A stretch of DNA of 64,000 bases from Utricularia gibba (GCA_002189035.1 NEEC01000007.1:2356001-2420000), one strand, 5' to 3'. Numbered from the stretch's first letter, positions 1-12,154 are shown. The notes: generated by a model not told the origin, from the sequence alone. Made by a program: numbers and translations.

Positions 1-998
1 GACATCCAGCTTTGGCTCGGATACTGGCATAAATGTGAGAAGAAAACTGAGGTTACCAATCTGAGAGTTCATGTCCCATGTGTAAAGAAAGAAAGGTGAT
101 AATGCTGCTTGTGATGTCTCACCCATATCATCCTCTTCACTGGCGGCAGATTGTCTCAAATGGGACTGGTACTGATCAGGCAACTTCGAGAGGACAGATG
201 CTTCCAAGTGATGTTTTAGATCTGCAGCACATCTAAGACAAATATCAAGTTTCATTGTGAGCGAAGCCGCAAAAGTATATATCTTGAAATGAATGAGTAA
301 AGCATCCAAACCTTCGGGCAAATTCTTGCTCATGGCTTGAAAGCCGGCTTCGTAGCTCTGCAGTTTTCTCTATGTGGAATGCATACTTCTCGATCTGCTA
401 CGGCATGAATTACATGTGAGACATCAAACTATTTGGGGTGGGGGGACACAAAAAATTCCTATACACCCTGATACGTAAATCATTAGTGATTTGTTCTCAA
501 CACTCCAAGATTAGGACATCCAATCATGATTACCTTTAGAAGACGAGTCCGGAGATATGATCGCAGGAGATACATGGTCCTGTCCATGTCCATCTGATAG
601 AGGGAAACGGTAAGGGGATCAATACCACTTTTGTTAAACTCATCCACCATCTCTTCCTGAAAGCAGGAAAGAAATGTTACAGAAAGAAAGAATATACAGT
701 AATGCGAGAAATTGGATCAATACACTTTTCTCAAGCACATTTTTATTAAATCAAACTAGCTCTCCCTGCAACATCCCTACCCATCCCCAGAGCATAGTGG
801 ATTTGCTGGCACAAGCAAACAACTCACCATTAACTGGATTTGCTGGCGGGATCTGAGCACTAAGTCAGAGTCAAACTTTAAAATCTCAGGTGCAGCCTTC
901 TCGTTCCTCCATGCATTTTTCAAGATCTCAACATCTGTCGTCAACATTAAGGAATCATAATCTTCAGCATTAGAGCCCTCTCCGCCAACTGAATCCAT
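1..998 (-). CDS. SLD5: GINS complex subunit SLD5 (DNA replication), 3' part runs off the window start
   Basis: Spliced manually with GT-AG junctions and consistent phases: 998-828, 656-534, 394-312, 232-123, 23-1. Translation MDSVGGEGSNAEDYDSLMLTTDVEILKNAWRNEKAAPEILKFD...SLYQMDMDRTMYLLRSYLRTRLLKIEKY...RCAADLKHHLEASVLSKLP matches the plant SLD5 pattern. The track's start at 1031 is GTG; the first ATG is at 998. Confidence 0.9.
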
Positions 999-2568
999 GG
1001 AGCACCTCTCGTTCTTTTTGTTATCTCCCACCTCCCTAATATCAAAAGGTTTTCTGGCAACATGATTCAGGCTTTAAAAAGAGCAGCGATATCTACATGT
1101 TAGAAGTTAACACATGCCTCTGTGAACAAACCATCATTGAAAATGGGAATGAAGAAAAATAACCAACCTTAGAGGTTCACGTGAGTTGATCACAATATAC
1201 TCCTGGGATAGTATTTTGCGCTGGCAGACTCAAAGATCTGCAAGCATTTAGAACAACAAATTACAAAAAAAAAAAAAAAAAAAAAAAAACCAAGAGCCAA
1301 AACTCTTTCCAGGAACATTGTCTAAATAAGGGGACACAACCAAGCTAGCAGACACATTTAATAGTAGAAAGCCGAAGATTCAGCAATAGCATTTTGAATC
1401 AGAAAATCAGTAAGACATCTTTTATCTCCATTATCTGCAAAACTCACATATTCTGAAAGTGCGAATCAACCACATTTTGCTTCCGCAGAGTTTAAGTGGC
1501 AGCACAGGGATGCAAAGTCTGAAACAGAAAATTTAGTAACAGATGAGGCGAACATTTCCATAAATGGCCGGGTAGATAAAGTGGAAACGATTAACCACCG
1601 AAAAAAGATGAGCCCAATCTTGTGCCTCTGGTTTCGATCGGCTGACTGGCGGCTCCACCTTGAGATGAGATGAACGCTGATTGCGAGCTTGCTTTCCCGT
1701 CTTCTTACTCCCTGTGTTGCTACACAAAAGGAACAAGATTTGGGGGGAGAAAACTTTGATTTTCAAAGAGGCCCTTGTCATGGACTGGAAACAAAATTAG
1801 GCCCAACTTATCACATATGATTGATGGGCTGCAATTTCACTTAATATTGGGCTTAGTTCCCAAATTTTAGAAACATTTAGGAAAATATTTTAAAATATTT
1901 TGAAAAATGTATTTTGTTGATTAATTGAGAATAATTTAAAACATTCTTCAAATATTATTTCTTTTTTTTAAAGACAAAAAAAATTGAAAGTCTGAACAAA
2001 AAATTGGGTATTCATTAAACAAATTGAAAATAAAGTTATAAAAACTATATTATTTAACTTTTATTTATTTTAAAATACATTTATATAATATTAAATTATT
2101 AAATTTAATATATTAAACTTAACCATATATATTTTATAATATTAAATTTATATAAATAATTTTATACTATCTAACAAAACAGTTTTACAATCCTAAAACT
2201 GATTTTATTCACCTAATTTGAATACTCATTTCATTCTAAATCATGTGAATCAAAAGTTCAAATTAATGAATAAAGACTAAAATTCTCCATTTTATGGATA
2301 TCCCAAATAATGAATATTTAAATCTGAGAAACAAATAAATTCTTCATAAATAAAATTTCCAATTCTGGATAGTAAACACACCATAAATAAAGCTCAGGCA
2401 TAGTGTACTTTTAATTTAAGATCATATTCAGCCTTCATTAAATTTTACTATAAATACCCTTATCTTTAAATTACACTAAATCATATGTTATGTGCAACTT
2501 AATTTTTTGGGTTTTTTTAACCATTTTTCATAACTAATTGAATATAAAATGGTACGATAGTTTTAGTG

Positions 2569-2790
2569 TGTCGGAGAAAGCTGGAACTGGAAGGAGACGG
2601 TGGTAAAAAAGAAAAAGATTTTTCAACAGTTGCAGCGCTGAGAAGGGAAGAGAGTAGGCGTCACAGTAAACACAGCACAGACAGAGACAGCAATGAAAGC
2701 AGGAAAAAAAAATAAAGAAAGCAAAAGCATGCTCTGGCGCTATGGAGTCCTATGAAACATGTACAGTAGAGTGGCATGCATAAATGTCTC
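2569..2790 (+). promoter_or_regulatory. Three AuxRE-type motifs upstream of the PIN gene
   Basis: TGTCGG at 2569-2574, GAGACA (TGTCTC on the minus strand) at 2684-2689 and TGTCTC at 2785-2790. Hexamers alone are weak evidence. Confidence 0.4.
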
Positions 2791-3199
2791 TGCAGAAGAG
2801 GCGGCCTTTTTCCTTCTCTTTCCCCATCAAAAGCTTGTATCTTTTATTTCCTTGTCTGCCATTCATTTCCCATAATAAATTACCACATCTCTGTCCTTCT
2901 CAAAAATCTCATTCCGCCATTGAAGTGCGCTCAAGAATCACACAGCTTTTTTTGCATTTCCCCTCGACCCTTCACAATCACTGGGATTAAACCAACTGGG
3001 GTGTTTAAAAGTCGTCGCCTTTATGTTTTTCTTTGATGCTTTTTTGCTGCTTCTGCTTCCCAAATCTCTGTAATGTAGCTACTGGGGGACTTGAAAGTTT
3101 CGCTGTCTATCGTTTCTTTTTATCGTTCATTTATTGGGTGGGTGTTCCTTGCTTCAAGAGACTTGCAGGTTTCAACAAAGTTTTGGGTTCTGGAACAGA

Positions 3200-5361
3200 A
3201 TGATCTCTCTTACAGACCTCTACCATGTCCTTGCAGCTGTTGTTCCTCTCTACGTTGCAATGATTCTGGCGTATGGATCAGTGAAATGGTGGAAAATTTT
3301 CACCCCTGATCAGTGCTCTGGGATCAACAGATTCGTTGCACTTTTCGCTGTTCCTCTTCTCTCGTTCCACTTCATCTCCACCAATAATCCCTACGCCATG
3401 AACTACCGCTTCATCGCCGCCGACACTCTGCAGAAACTCATTGTTCTTGCTGTTCTGGCTGTCTGGTCCAGACTCAGCTCCAGGGGATCCCTTGAATGGT
3501 CCATTACACTGTTTTCTTTGTCAACTCTCCCAAACACGCTGGTTATGGGCATCCCTCTTCTGAAAGGGATGTACGGAGACTTCTCTGGGAGTTTAATGGT
3601 CCAGATTGTTGTGCTTCAATGCATCATCTGGTACACCTTGATGCTCTTCTTGTTTGAGTACAGAGGTGCGAGAATGTTGATCGCTGAGCAGTTTCCAGAC
3701 ACTGCTGGTGACATTATTTCGTTCAGAGTTGATTCGGACATCATTTCTTTGGATGGTAAGGAGCCATTACAGACGGAAGCGGAAGTTGGACAAGATGGGA
3801 AGATCCATGTTACTGTCCGAAAATCAGCGAGTTCCAGGTCTGAAATCTTTTCAAGAAGATCACACGGTCCGAACTCCGGTCTCTCTTTGACACCCCGTCC
3901 CTCCAATTTGACAAACGCAGAGATTTACTCTCTTCAGTCATCCCGAAATCCAACACCAAGGGGCTCCAGTTTCAATCACACCGATTTCTATTCAATGGTG
4001 AACGGTAAAAGCGCCTTGAGTGCTAGTCCAAGGCATTCCAATTTCGGGAACTCAGGATTTGATGAGGAGAATCAAGTACGAGTCACCGGCGGTTATGGTG
4101 GTTCTGCAGCCGCCGGAATATTCTCTCCGGCTACAGGACCTAATGCGAAAAAGAAGGCAAACGGGCATGATGTCGGCAAAGATCTTCACATGTTTGTGTG
4201 GAGTTCAAGTGCTTCTCCAGTTTCTGAAGGAGGGATCCATGTTTTCAGAGGAGGCGAATATGGAAATGAGGTCACCGTGGGACCTCATCCTAAAGGTGCA
4301 GATAGAACAGTTTCGTTTTCCAAGCATGTTGGTCATTACTCCACGTTTCTACTGGCATTTCAGTACACTATGCCACCATTATATTATTCCTGTTGTTCAA
4401 TCCTTGCAGAGTATGATGATTTCGGGAGAGAAGAGTTCAGCTTCGGGAACAAACATGGACCAAATGGCCCAGATGCATCTAAACTCGCATCGAGCTCCAC
4501 GGCGGAGCTCCGAACCAAGAGCGGTGGCGATGCCAAGGCGAATGCCATGCCGCCCACCAGTGTGATGACGAGGCTGATTCTGATCATGGTTTGGAGAAAG
4601 CTGATCAGAAATCCCAACACTTACTCCAGCCTCATTGGCCTCACCTGGTCTCTAGTCTCGTTCAGGTAATCAATCAATTCATCTCATTGTATACGAGAGT
4701 CCAGGATTTGTCTCATTGTCTGTGTGTGTTTGTAGATGGCACATTGAGATGCCTGTTATCGTTGCCAAATCGATTTCCATCCTGTCTGATGCCGGCCTCG
4801 GGATGGCGATGTTTAGTCTCGGTGAGCAAGACAACACATTCAAGTCCATGTCGTAGTTCCAGTTCCAAAGACTGAAAGAATACACCTTTTTTTGCTCAGG
4901 TTTGTTCATGGCGCTTCAGCCAAAGATCATCGCCTGCGGGAAGTCGATCGCCGCCTTCTCGATGGCCATCCGGTTCCTCACAGGTCCGGCCGTCATGGCT
5001 GCAGCATCGATAGCCGTTGGACTGAGAGGCGTGCTGCTGCACGTCGCAATAGTACAGGTATGTCATTTCCAAACACAAACAACCTCAAACAGTCAGCTCA
5101 GAAGCCACTGTCTTCTTCCTCCTCAGGCCGCTCTTCCACAAGGAATCGTCCCCTTCGTCTTCGCAAAGGAGTACAACGTTCACCCCGACATTCTCAGCAC
5201 CGGGTTCGAACTTCGAACCCCTCTCTGCATCCACACTCACACACACGCACACAGGGATTAAATGAAGTTCAACTCGAATCTGCTTGTGTCGCAGGGTGAT
5301 CTTCGGAATGCTGATAGCGCTCCCCATAACTCTCGTGTACTACATCCTGTTGGGGTTGTGA
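3200..5361 (+). CDS. PIN1: PIN auxin efflux carrier, long-loop type, PIN1/SoPIN1 (sister-of-PIN1) clade
   Basis: Exons 3200-4295, 4410-4665, 4736-4821, 4900-5057, 5127-5203, 5295-5361; the 86, 158 and 77 bp internal exons are typical of PIN genes. Motifs [86 protein letters not shown]-terminus LVYYILLGL*. Confidence 0.95.
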
Positions 5362-5362
5362 A

Positions 5363-5380
5363 GGGGGGGGGGGGGGGGGG
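5363..5380 (+). repeat. G18 homopolymer immediately after the PIN stop codon
   Basis: TGA at 5359-5361, one A, then 18 consecutive G. Confidence 0.9.
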
Positions 5381-7125
5381 CTCCTGGACACGGAGGGGGT
5401 TCATTCAGACAAGTATTCGCCGGCCATCCGCCACGACAACACCATCCTGTAAAGGCAGCCTGTCGGGTGAAAGGGGATCCAGTGGTAGTCGCTATTATTG
5501 CAGTAGTTCTTTTGTTGGCTTGTCCAGTTTGTTCCTTCTAACCAGTGCAGTGGGGATTCCCTTCTTTCCGTGGAGAACATTTTCACGTGGGTTGTGTTGC
5601 GTTATGTGAAGCCAAAGTTCATCCAGGACAGGGAATACCGTACAATGAAAACTGCTTCACAGTTTTGTTATTTCCATTTTGTTTTAAATATCAATATAAT
5701 ATTAATATGTCTTTTTTCATATTTTAATATTTTAAATATGATTTTTTACCAAATTTATATTAAAAAATAGATAATCATTTTACCAATTTATTAAATAGAC
5801 AATTTCTTGAGCATTTTTTTACATTTTTCAGTAAAATGGATAAAAAATGCACATTTTCGCACTAAATTTGGGACGAATTTCTTCGTAGTGCGTGGGCCGG
5901 GGAGAATATTCGCGTCATTTTGTTTTTATGTTTATTCCATAAATATATTCCTTTTTTCCAATTTAAAATTAATACGGACTACAGTGATCTGATTGCTCGC
6001 CGGGCAAGTTGCAGAGTGTCCCCGAAAATTGGGGCTTCGCAGAATCATTCCTGGCTAAGGCCTTGGAAATGGAAAACCTAGGGATGCTCTCGAATCGCGT
6101 GATGCGCACTCGGAAGTTAATTTCTATGGCAACAGTCAATCACTGAGGTGCAGAAGATCGGGTTTCAGAAGATTTTGCCTCTAGAAGAGGCTATCGGACT
6201 GGGGAAACGGTGGAGTTGGGTGAGATAAAGGCTCGGACCGTGCGCATTCGCGGATGCTGCACGAATTCTCCAGCTGGATTGTTGAGTTTCAGATCGGGGT
6301 ACCTCAGATTCTTACGCTGTTGGGTAGACTATGATCGGATTCCATTCTGCAACTCTTCTTTTTTTTTTCCCAGATAGGGTTTTATTACACTGTTCTTCAA
6401 TGCCTGAAATGGGGTACCAATCGGTGAACAGTGAAACAGATCGTAATACAATGATGTGCTTTTGCACCATTGAAAAATCATACTTTTTCTCATGGCTGTG
6501 CATCGGTTCTCAACGGAACGGGAAAAGACATCCACATCACAAAACAGCGCACAAGCGAATGATTGTTACCTGGTACAGAGTAAGTTCATAGGTGAAAATG
6601 CCAGCAAGAGGAAGTGCATGAGATCAACCAAACACGGGGAACAAAATGCGTAAATCTCCCCACATAATAACGTTGTAGTATGCTGCTTCTGTGAGGCTTT
6701 ATACACTGAAAACCCATATTTTCTCATGGTCGTGTTTGGATTCTTCAAAAACTTATTCCCTTTAAATGAATGGTTAAGGAAGAAGCTCATTATCCATCCA
6801 CATTGAAACAGTAACAACATTCCCTTGACACCCACATTACATCCCTTTACAGAGTTAAGAGCCAGCCACTGAGTTCAAAGATGAAACCAGGCAGCAAGCC
6901 TCTAAGATCAACTGAAACTTGGGAAGAACACCATATCCTAAAAATGTTCAAAAAACATGGTAATTGCAACGAATGAGGTTTCTAACCTGTGAGTATATTG
7001 ATACTAGATTAAAGGCACGTAAAAGAAAGGTCTTATGAACCCATAAGAATCCAGGATGGAAATGAGACTCACGCTGCAAACTGCAAACATGAATTATAAT
7101 CAGGATAAACACTGACCTAATCAAG

Positions 7126-7410
7126 CTATGATGTGGGCAGATTCTTGATTTCCATGATATTCTTGACACCAGGGGCGTAGAGTGAGTAAACAATGGCCTG
7201 CCGCTTGGCTACGGCTAGTTGAGCCTTACCATCGGCGAAGGCAGATGAAGCCTCGGCAGAGTTCCGCAACAAGCTGCTATGTTGACGGAAGGCATCGACA
7301 GTACGACGCTTCGCGTATTCCCTAATATTGTAGTCCGCGAATCCACGCGCCGTCCTGAGAAGAGACCGATAGAGTGCCAACACCTCCCCCCGAGTTGCTG
7401 CCGATCCCAT
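7126..7410 (-). CDS. ISD11: LYR-motif protein ISD11/LYRM4 (mitochondrial cysteine desulfurase partner)
   Basis: Single coding exon, 94 aa, containing LYRSLLRTARGFADYNIREYAKRRTVDAFR...KRQAIVYSLYAP. A probable 5' UTR intron spans about 7425-7740 (GTGAGG donor, TGTAG acceptor). Confidence 0.9.
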   Translation of the reverse strand: MGSAATRGEVLALYRSLLRTARGFADYNIREYAKRRTVDAFRQHSSLLRNSAEASSAFADGKAQLAVAKRQAIVYSLYAPGVKNIMEIKNLPTS

Positions 7411-7837
7411 CTTCCGAATTCCCCTACAGAAAAAAAAAAAAAAAAAACCTAAACTATGCTAAATAGCCCCTCAACCCAGAATGATAAATTTACCAGGAAA
7501 ACAAAGCCTTCAACAAACTAAAAGCTCAAAAGGCAAACATGCCACCAGGATTCAACTTCAATTCTACAGAAAATACGATCATCATCAATCTGATTGAATA
7601 CCCCCAATCAATAAACACCACTCTCAAAAGATTACCCCTTCCAACCAAGAAACATTGTAATTCACCCCCACACGCATCCACAATCATCCTAAAATTTTCC
7701 TTACTCTTGCTCAGTCCCCGAATTCGAGAATTGCCCTCACCGTTCCTTGTGCCAAGAAGGGTTGCTCAGTCGGCGATTTGGCGATAAAATCACTGCAATT
7801 TCTTTTTTTTTATTAAATATCAATTTTCATCCTTAGA

Positions 7838-7915
7838 GTCAGCCCAAGTCCAGCCCGATGGGCCAAGCTCGAACGCCTTAATGGCCCCCACCAGCCCATA
7901 CTGAGACTGCCCAGG
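7838..7915. promoter_or_regulatory. Site II (TGGGCY/RGCCCA) motifs in the ISD11 promoter
   Basis: AGCCCA, TGGGCC and AGCCCA in agtcagcccaagtccagcccgatgggccaag...ccagcccata, just upstream of the likely first exon. Site II motifs are typical of nuclear genes for mitochondrial proteins. Confidence 0.5.
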
Positions 7916-8518
7916 CTCGACCCATGACCATCTCTAACGCCAAAAATAGATTTTCGATTATTGAAAAGTAAATTATGTTTTTGCTAGTGTCCTTCAACGT
8001 ATATATATAATTTATTATTATTTAATAAATTAATCAATTAAACTCTAATTTTTATCACTAAATATATACTTGTTTTCAGCCCAAACATATGTGGCATTTG
8101 GTGCCTTTTCGAGTAGCGCTGAACCTCACCAGCACCCACGTCCCGATTCATAATCTGAATCTTCAAATCCCAATCCTTACCAGGAAGGCGACCACATTCC
8201 GATGAGGACGAAAAAAGACCCATTCGCAGCATGTCCTCCATTATTTTGCAATTCCTAAAAATATATTATAAAAAAAGTGAAAATTGGGTTTTAATTGAAA
8301 ATAAAAATTAAGGAGAATGTAAAATAAATAAAATAATAAAGAATGAGTTTTTTTAAAATGTGAAACTAGGCTTGGTGTGTACGGCATAAATTCATTAGAC
8401 TCGTCAAGAAAACCAGGAAAAAAAGATTATACTTTTCGTTCTCCAGATTCACATTGCTGACTGGCGGCCGATTCTTGTGTTTGTATAGACGCAAGATTCG
8501 GATTCATCATCCTGGAAA

Positions 8519-11500
8519 ATGGGACACGGACATGGTATTCGAGTAACGAGGAAGCACCACATACATCTCAACAACCCATTTCCTGCAAAGCCAAAAGCTC
8601 TTCCTTTTCTCACAGGATCCTTGCTTATCCACACCCACAAACTCGATGATGATGATGATTTCAAAATTGGAAGACATTTTCGACTCAAGTGGTCGCGAAT
8701 CGATGGTGGGTCGGTTTCAGTTTGTCACGATTCGCAGCCGGGGAAGTCCCTGTGGTCCACTCTTCCGGGGAAATCGTTTCTTTCCGCTGCTGTTGCCGAT
8801 ACCGAAGTCGAGGAGAGCCGGGGTTCGTTCGCGATAAGTGACAGGAAGGTTCACTTGGTCTGCAGTCATCAGACGATTGAAGATATCAGGGTGATTGAAG
8901 GATCAGACGTCATGGATAATACCAATAGGCAACGGTTGCCGGTGGTTCTGATCAAGGGGAGAGTACTCAGTTTGAAGGAATTGGGGAAGAAGGCTGACAA
9001 GAGTTCGGTTATGGCTGAGCAAGAAAGTGTAGAGAAACGAGAGGAGAATCTTGCAGCATATGCAAAGTACTGGATGCTGTTCGAGCAGAAAAATGATCAT
9101 CAAGTTGGATTCCAAGTGAGTTTTGGAAAACCTGTTGTAGTGCTCTCTCCAAGAAACTCTAGTTACATCCCGGGAGCTCTCGGGTTTCCAGAATCTATGG
9201 CTGAGACTGTAGATTCTCGTGATTTCAACAGGATTTGCGTCACCTACGCTAGTGACAGAAGCGAGAGATTTTATGGGTTTGGGGAGCAGTTTTCTCACAT
9301 GGATTTCAAGGGTAAGATGGTCCCAATATTAGTTCAAGAACAGGGGATTGGGAGAGGCGATCAACCGATCACCTTCGCTGCGAATATGTTGAGTTACAGG
9401 TAACATCTAACATCAAGAACAGTGGTGGATTCTGAGTACTGATGATATCTGCATATTTATCAGAGCTTTACTTATGGACTGAAGGTCTGGTGGTGATGAA
9501 AGTACAACTTACGCGCCTTCCCCCTTCTACATGACATCAAAAATGAGGTCCCTTTACTTGGAAGGATACAACTATTCTGTTTTTGATCTCACAAAGGATG
9601 ATTGCGTGCAGATAAAGGTACATCATACTGATTCTGTAAAAGGGCTTTATTATGCTTCCTCATGTACACTGCTGCCTGCATATCTAGTTTTCTTAACCTC
9701 CAGAATTGGTTGCAGATTCATGGTGATGCGATAGAAGGAAGGATATTGTATGGTAACACGCCCATCGAGCTTATCGAGCGCTTCACAGAAACAATAGGGA
9801 GACCAAAGGAACTTCCTGAATGGATCATTTCAGGGGCTGTAGTGGGAATGCAGGGAGGCACTGTAGCTGTGAGAAGAATATTGGAGCAGCTGCGTGCCTA
9901 CAACACTCCAATTTCAGCATTTTGGTTGCAGGTACATCCAAAACAGAGATCCAGTTTGCGAGTTTTCTGCTTCTACTTTTGATATATTTTTTTTACATGG
10001 AATCACGCTCTTTTTGTGCACAGGACTGGGTAGGAGAAAGGAAGACAGTTATAGGGTCACAACTCTGGTGGAACTGGGAAGTCGATTCAACTAGATATTC
10101 AGGATGGAAAGAGCTGATCAAAGATCTTAATGATCATGAAATTAAAGTTTTGACTTATTGCAATCCTTGCCTAGCACCTGTATGTTATGCTATCCTATTT
10201 TTCATTCTAGGAATCCCAATTTTATCTTTCTGATGTCAATGTATTGAGAAAATCTTGCTCTGAGGCACACAGGTTGAAGGAAAGGCGAACATACAGAGAA
10301 ACCTGTATGAGGAGGCCAAAAAGCTGGACATCTTAGTGAAAGACAGACAAGGAAGACCATACATGGTTCCAAATACAGCATTTGATGTAGGAATGCTGGA
10401 TTTGACAAATCCCAGAACAGAAACTTGGTTCAAACAAATATTAGGAAACATGGTGGAAGATGGTGTCAGGGGCTGGATGGCTGATTTTGGTGAAGGCTTG
10501 CCAGTTGATGCCTGCCTTTACTCAGGTACCTCCCTTGATCTGATCAAAAGGATAAAGTTTTCAAAGTACAGTCTCATTGATTCACTTAGCAATGACCATG
10601 AATGAAAACGCCACTGAACTTCAGGAGAAGATCCAATAACTGCACATAACAGATACCCGGAGATATGGGCAACCATAAACCGAGAATTCGCTGATGAATG
10701 GAAGCAAACCCATCAGGAGGATTTGGTTTTCTTCATGAGAGCGGGCTTCCGAAGCAGTCCAAACCAGGCAAGCCTTTTCTGGGAAGGAGACCAGATGGTG
10801 AGTTGGCAACCCAATGATGGGATAAAGAGCGCAGTGGTAGGTCTGCTAAGCAGTGGGCTTTCGGGTTACAGCTTCAATCACAGTGATATTGGAGGGTACT
10901 GCTCTGTACAACTGCCGTTCCTCAACTACCAAAGGACAGAAGAGCTTCTCCTCAGGTGGATGGAAGTGAATGCATTCACCACTGTGTTCCGCAGCCATGA
11001 AGTAAGTGACAAATAGCACCTACTGGAAAACAAGAATTTCATCTTCTTGCATTGAAACTAGGAACTCTGTTAAAGAGCCCTTGACATGTTTCATTCGCCA
11101 TTTTCTCAGGGAAACAAGCCATGGGCCAACAGCCAGTTCTACTCGAACCAAAGAACACTCTCTCACTTTTCACGGTTTGCAACAATATACAAGGCGTGGA
11201 AGTTTTACAGGATCCAGCTGATCAAGGTAATAATACCACAACTTCACCTCAGAAGAAGAACCAGCAGTCATTCCTACTCTTTTCCTTGTAACAGGAAGCA
11301 TCCCAGAAAGGGTTACCGGTTTGCCGTCACCTATTCCTACACTACCCGGAAGACAAACATGTTCAAACTCTAACATATCAGCAATTTCTAGTAGGCAGAG
11401 AGATTCTAGTTGTCCCTGTTCTAGACAAGAACAGGAAAGATGTCATGGTCTACTTCCCACAAGGAGAGAACTGCTCTTGGAAGCATGTGTGGACAGGAAA

Positions 11501-11630
11501 ACTCTATGCTAAACAAGGCGTTCAGATCTGCATTGAAGCTCCAATAGGACATCCTGCTGTATTTGTCAAGGATGGTTCTGTCATTGGAGAAACGTTTCTG
11601 GAAAACCTTATGCAGTATGGAATCCTATGA
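8519..11630 (+). CDS. GH31 alpha-glycosidase, YihQ/sulfoquinovosidase-like
   Basis: Exons 8519-9399, 9485-9617, 9716-9931, 10024-10179, 10273-10525, 10625-11001, 11110-11226, 11295-11630, all GT-AG and in phase. Motifs FYGFGEQF, GMQGG, WLQDW, GWMADFGEGLP (nucleophile Asp 10483-10485), FMRAG, WEGDQ (acid/base Asp 10789-10791), HSDIGGY, ELLLRW, FRSHEGN. Confidence 0.88.
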
Positions 11631-12154
11631 AGCAACACAATAGAATGAATTCTTTTGTTTCTGTACCAAATTTGTCCAACCATCGCCTAGCTTTTGAATG
11701 TTCTGTTAATGTAGAAACAAGAACAAAATTTTTTTTGCTCCATAATATGTACGGACTTATTTTTGCGCAACACATATTTCTCATTTTTTTAAAAATAATA
11801 CAAATACAAAATTAATTATTCACTTATTTTAATTTTTCATTCTCATTCTAATAAATTTCTTTTCTAATATTTTAATTTATTTTTGCTCCGTCATCCTAAT
11901 AGGATTGACTACTAATGCCTCATTGCACTTGTTGGTGCATATAAATGTCAATTTTTAGATTGGTAGTGATTTTTTTTTTTTAATACAAAGTGTCACCCAA
12001 CCAATTTCTACTGGATTTTCTTCAGTTTGTATAATCAGACAGCCACAATAACATTATTGCATCCTGGATGTAGAGAAAAATCATGGAATCACAGCAGAGA
12101 GACAAACGTACAACACAATATACATGTTCTTCTACACCAAAACCGTTCTTCTAT

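Noticed and set aside
1533-1781. 82-aa ORF upstream of SLD5
   Set aside because: No recognisable domain; it overlaps the probable SLD5 leader and site II-containing promoter.
3134-3199. N-terminal extension of the PIN ORF (MGGCSLLQ...)
   Set aside because: The track opens it at TTG; the conserved PIN start is the ATG at 3200.
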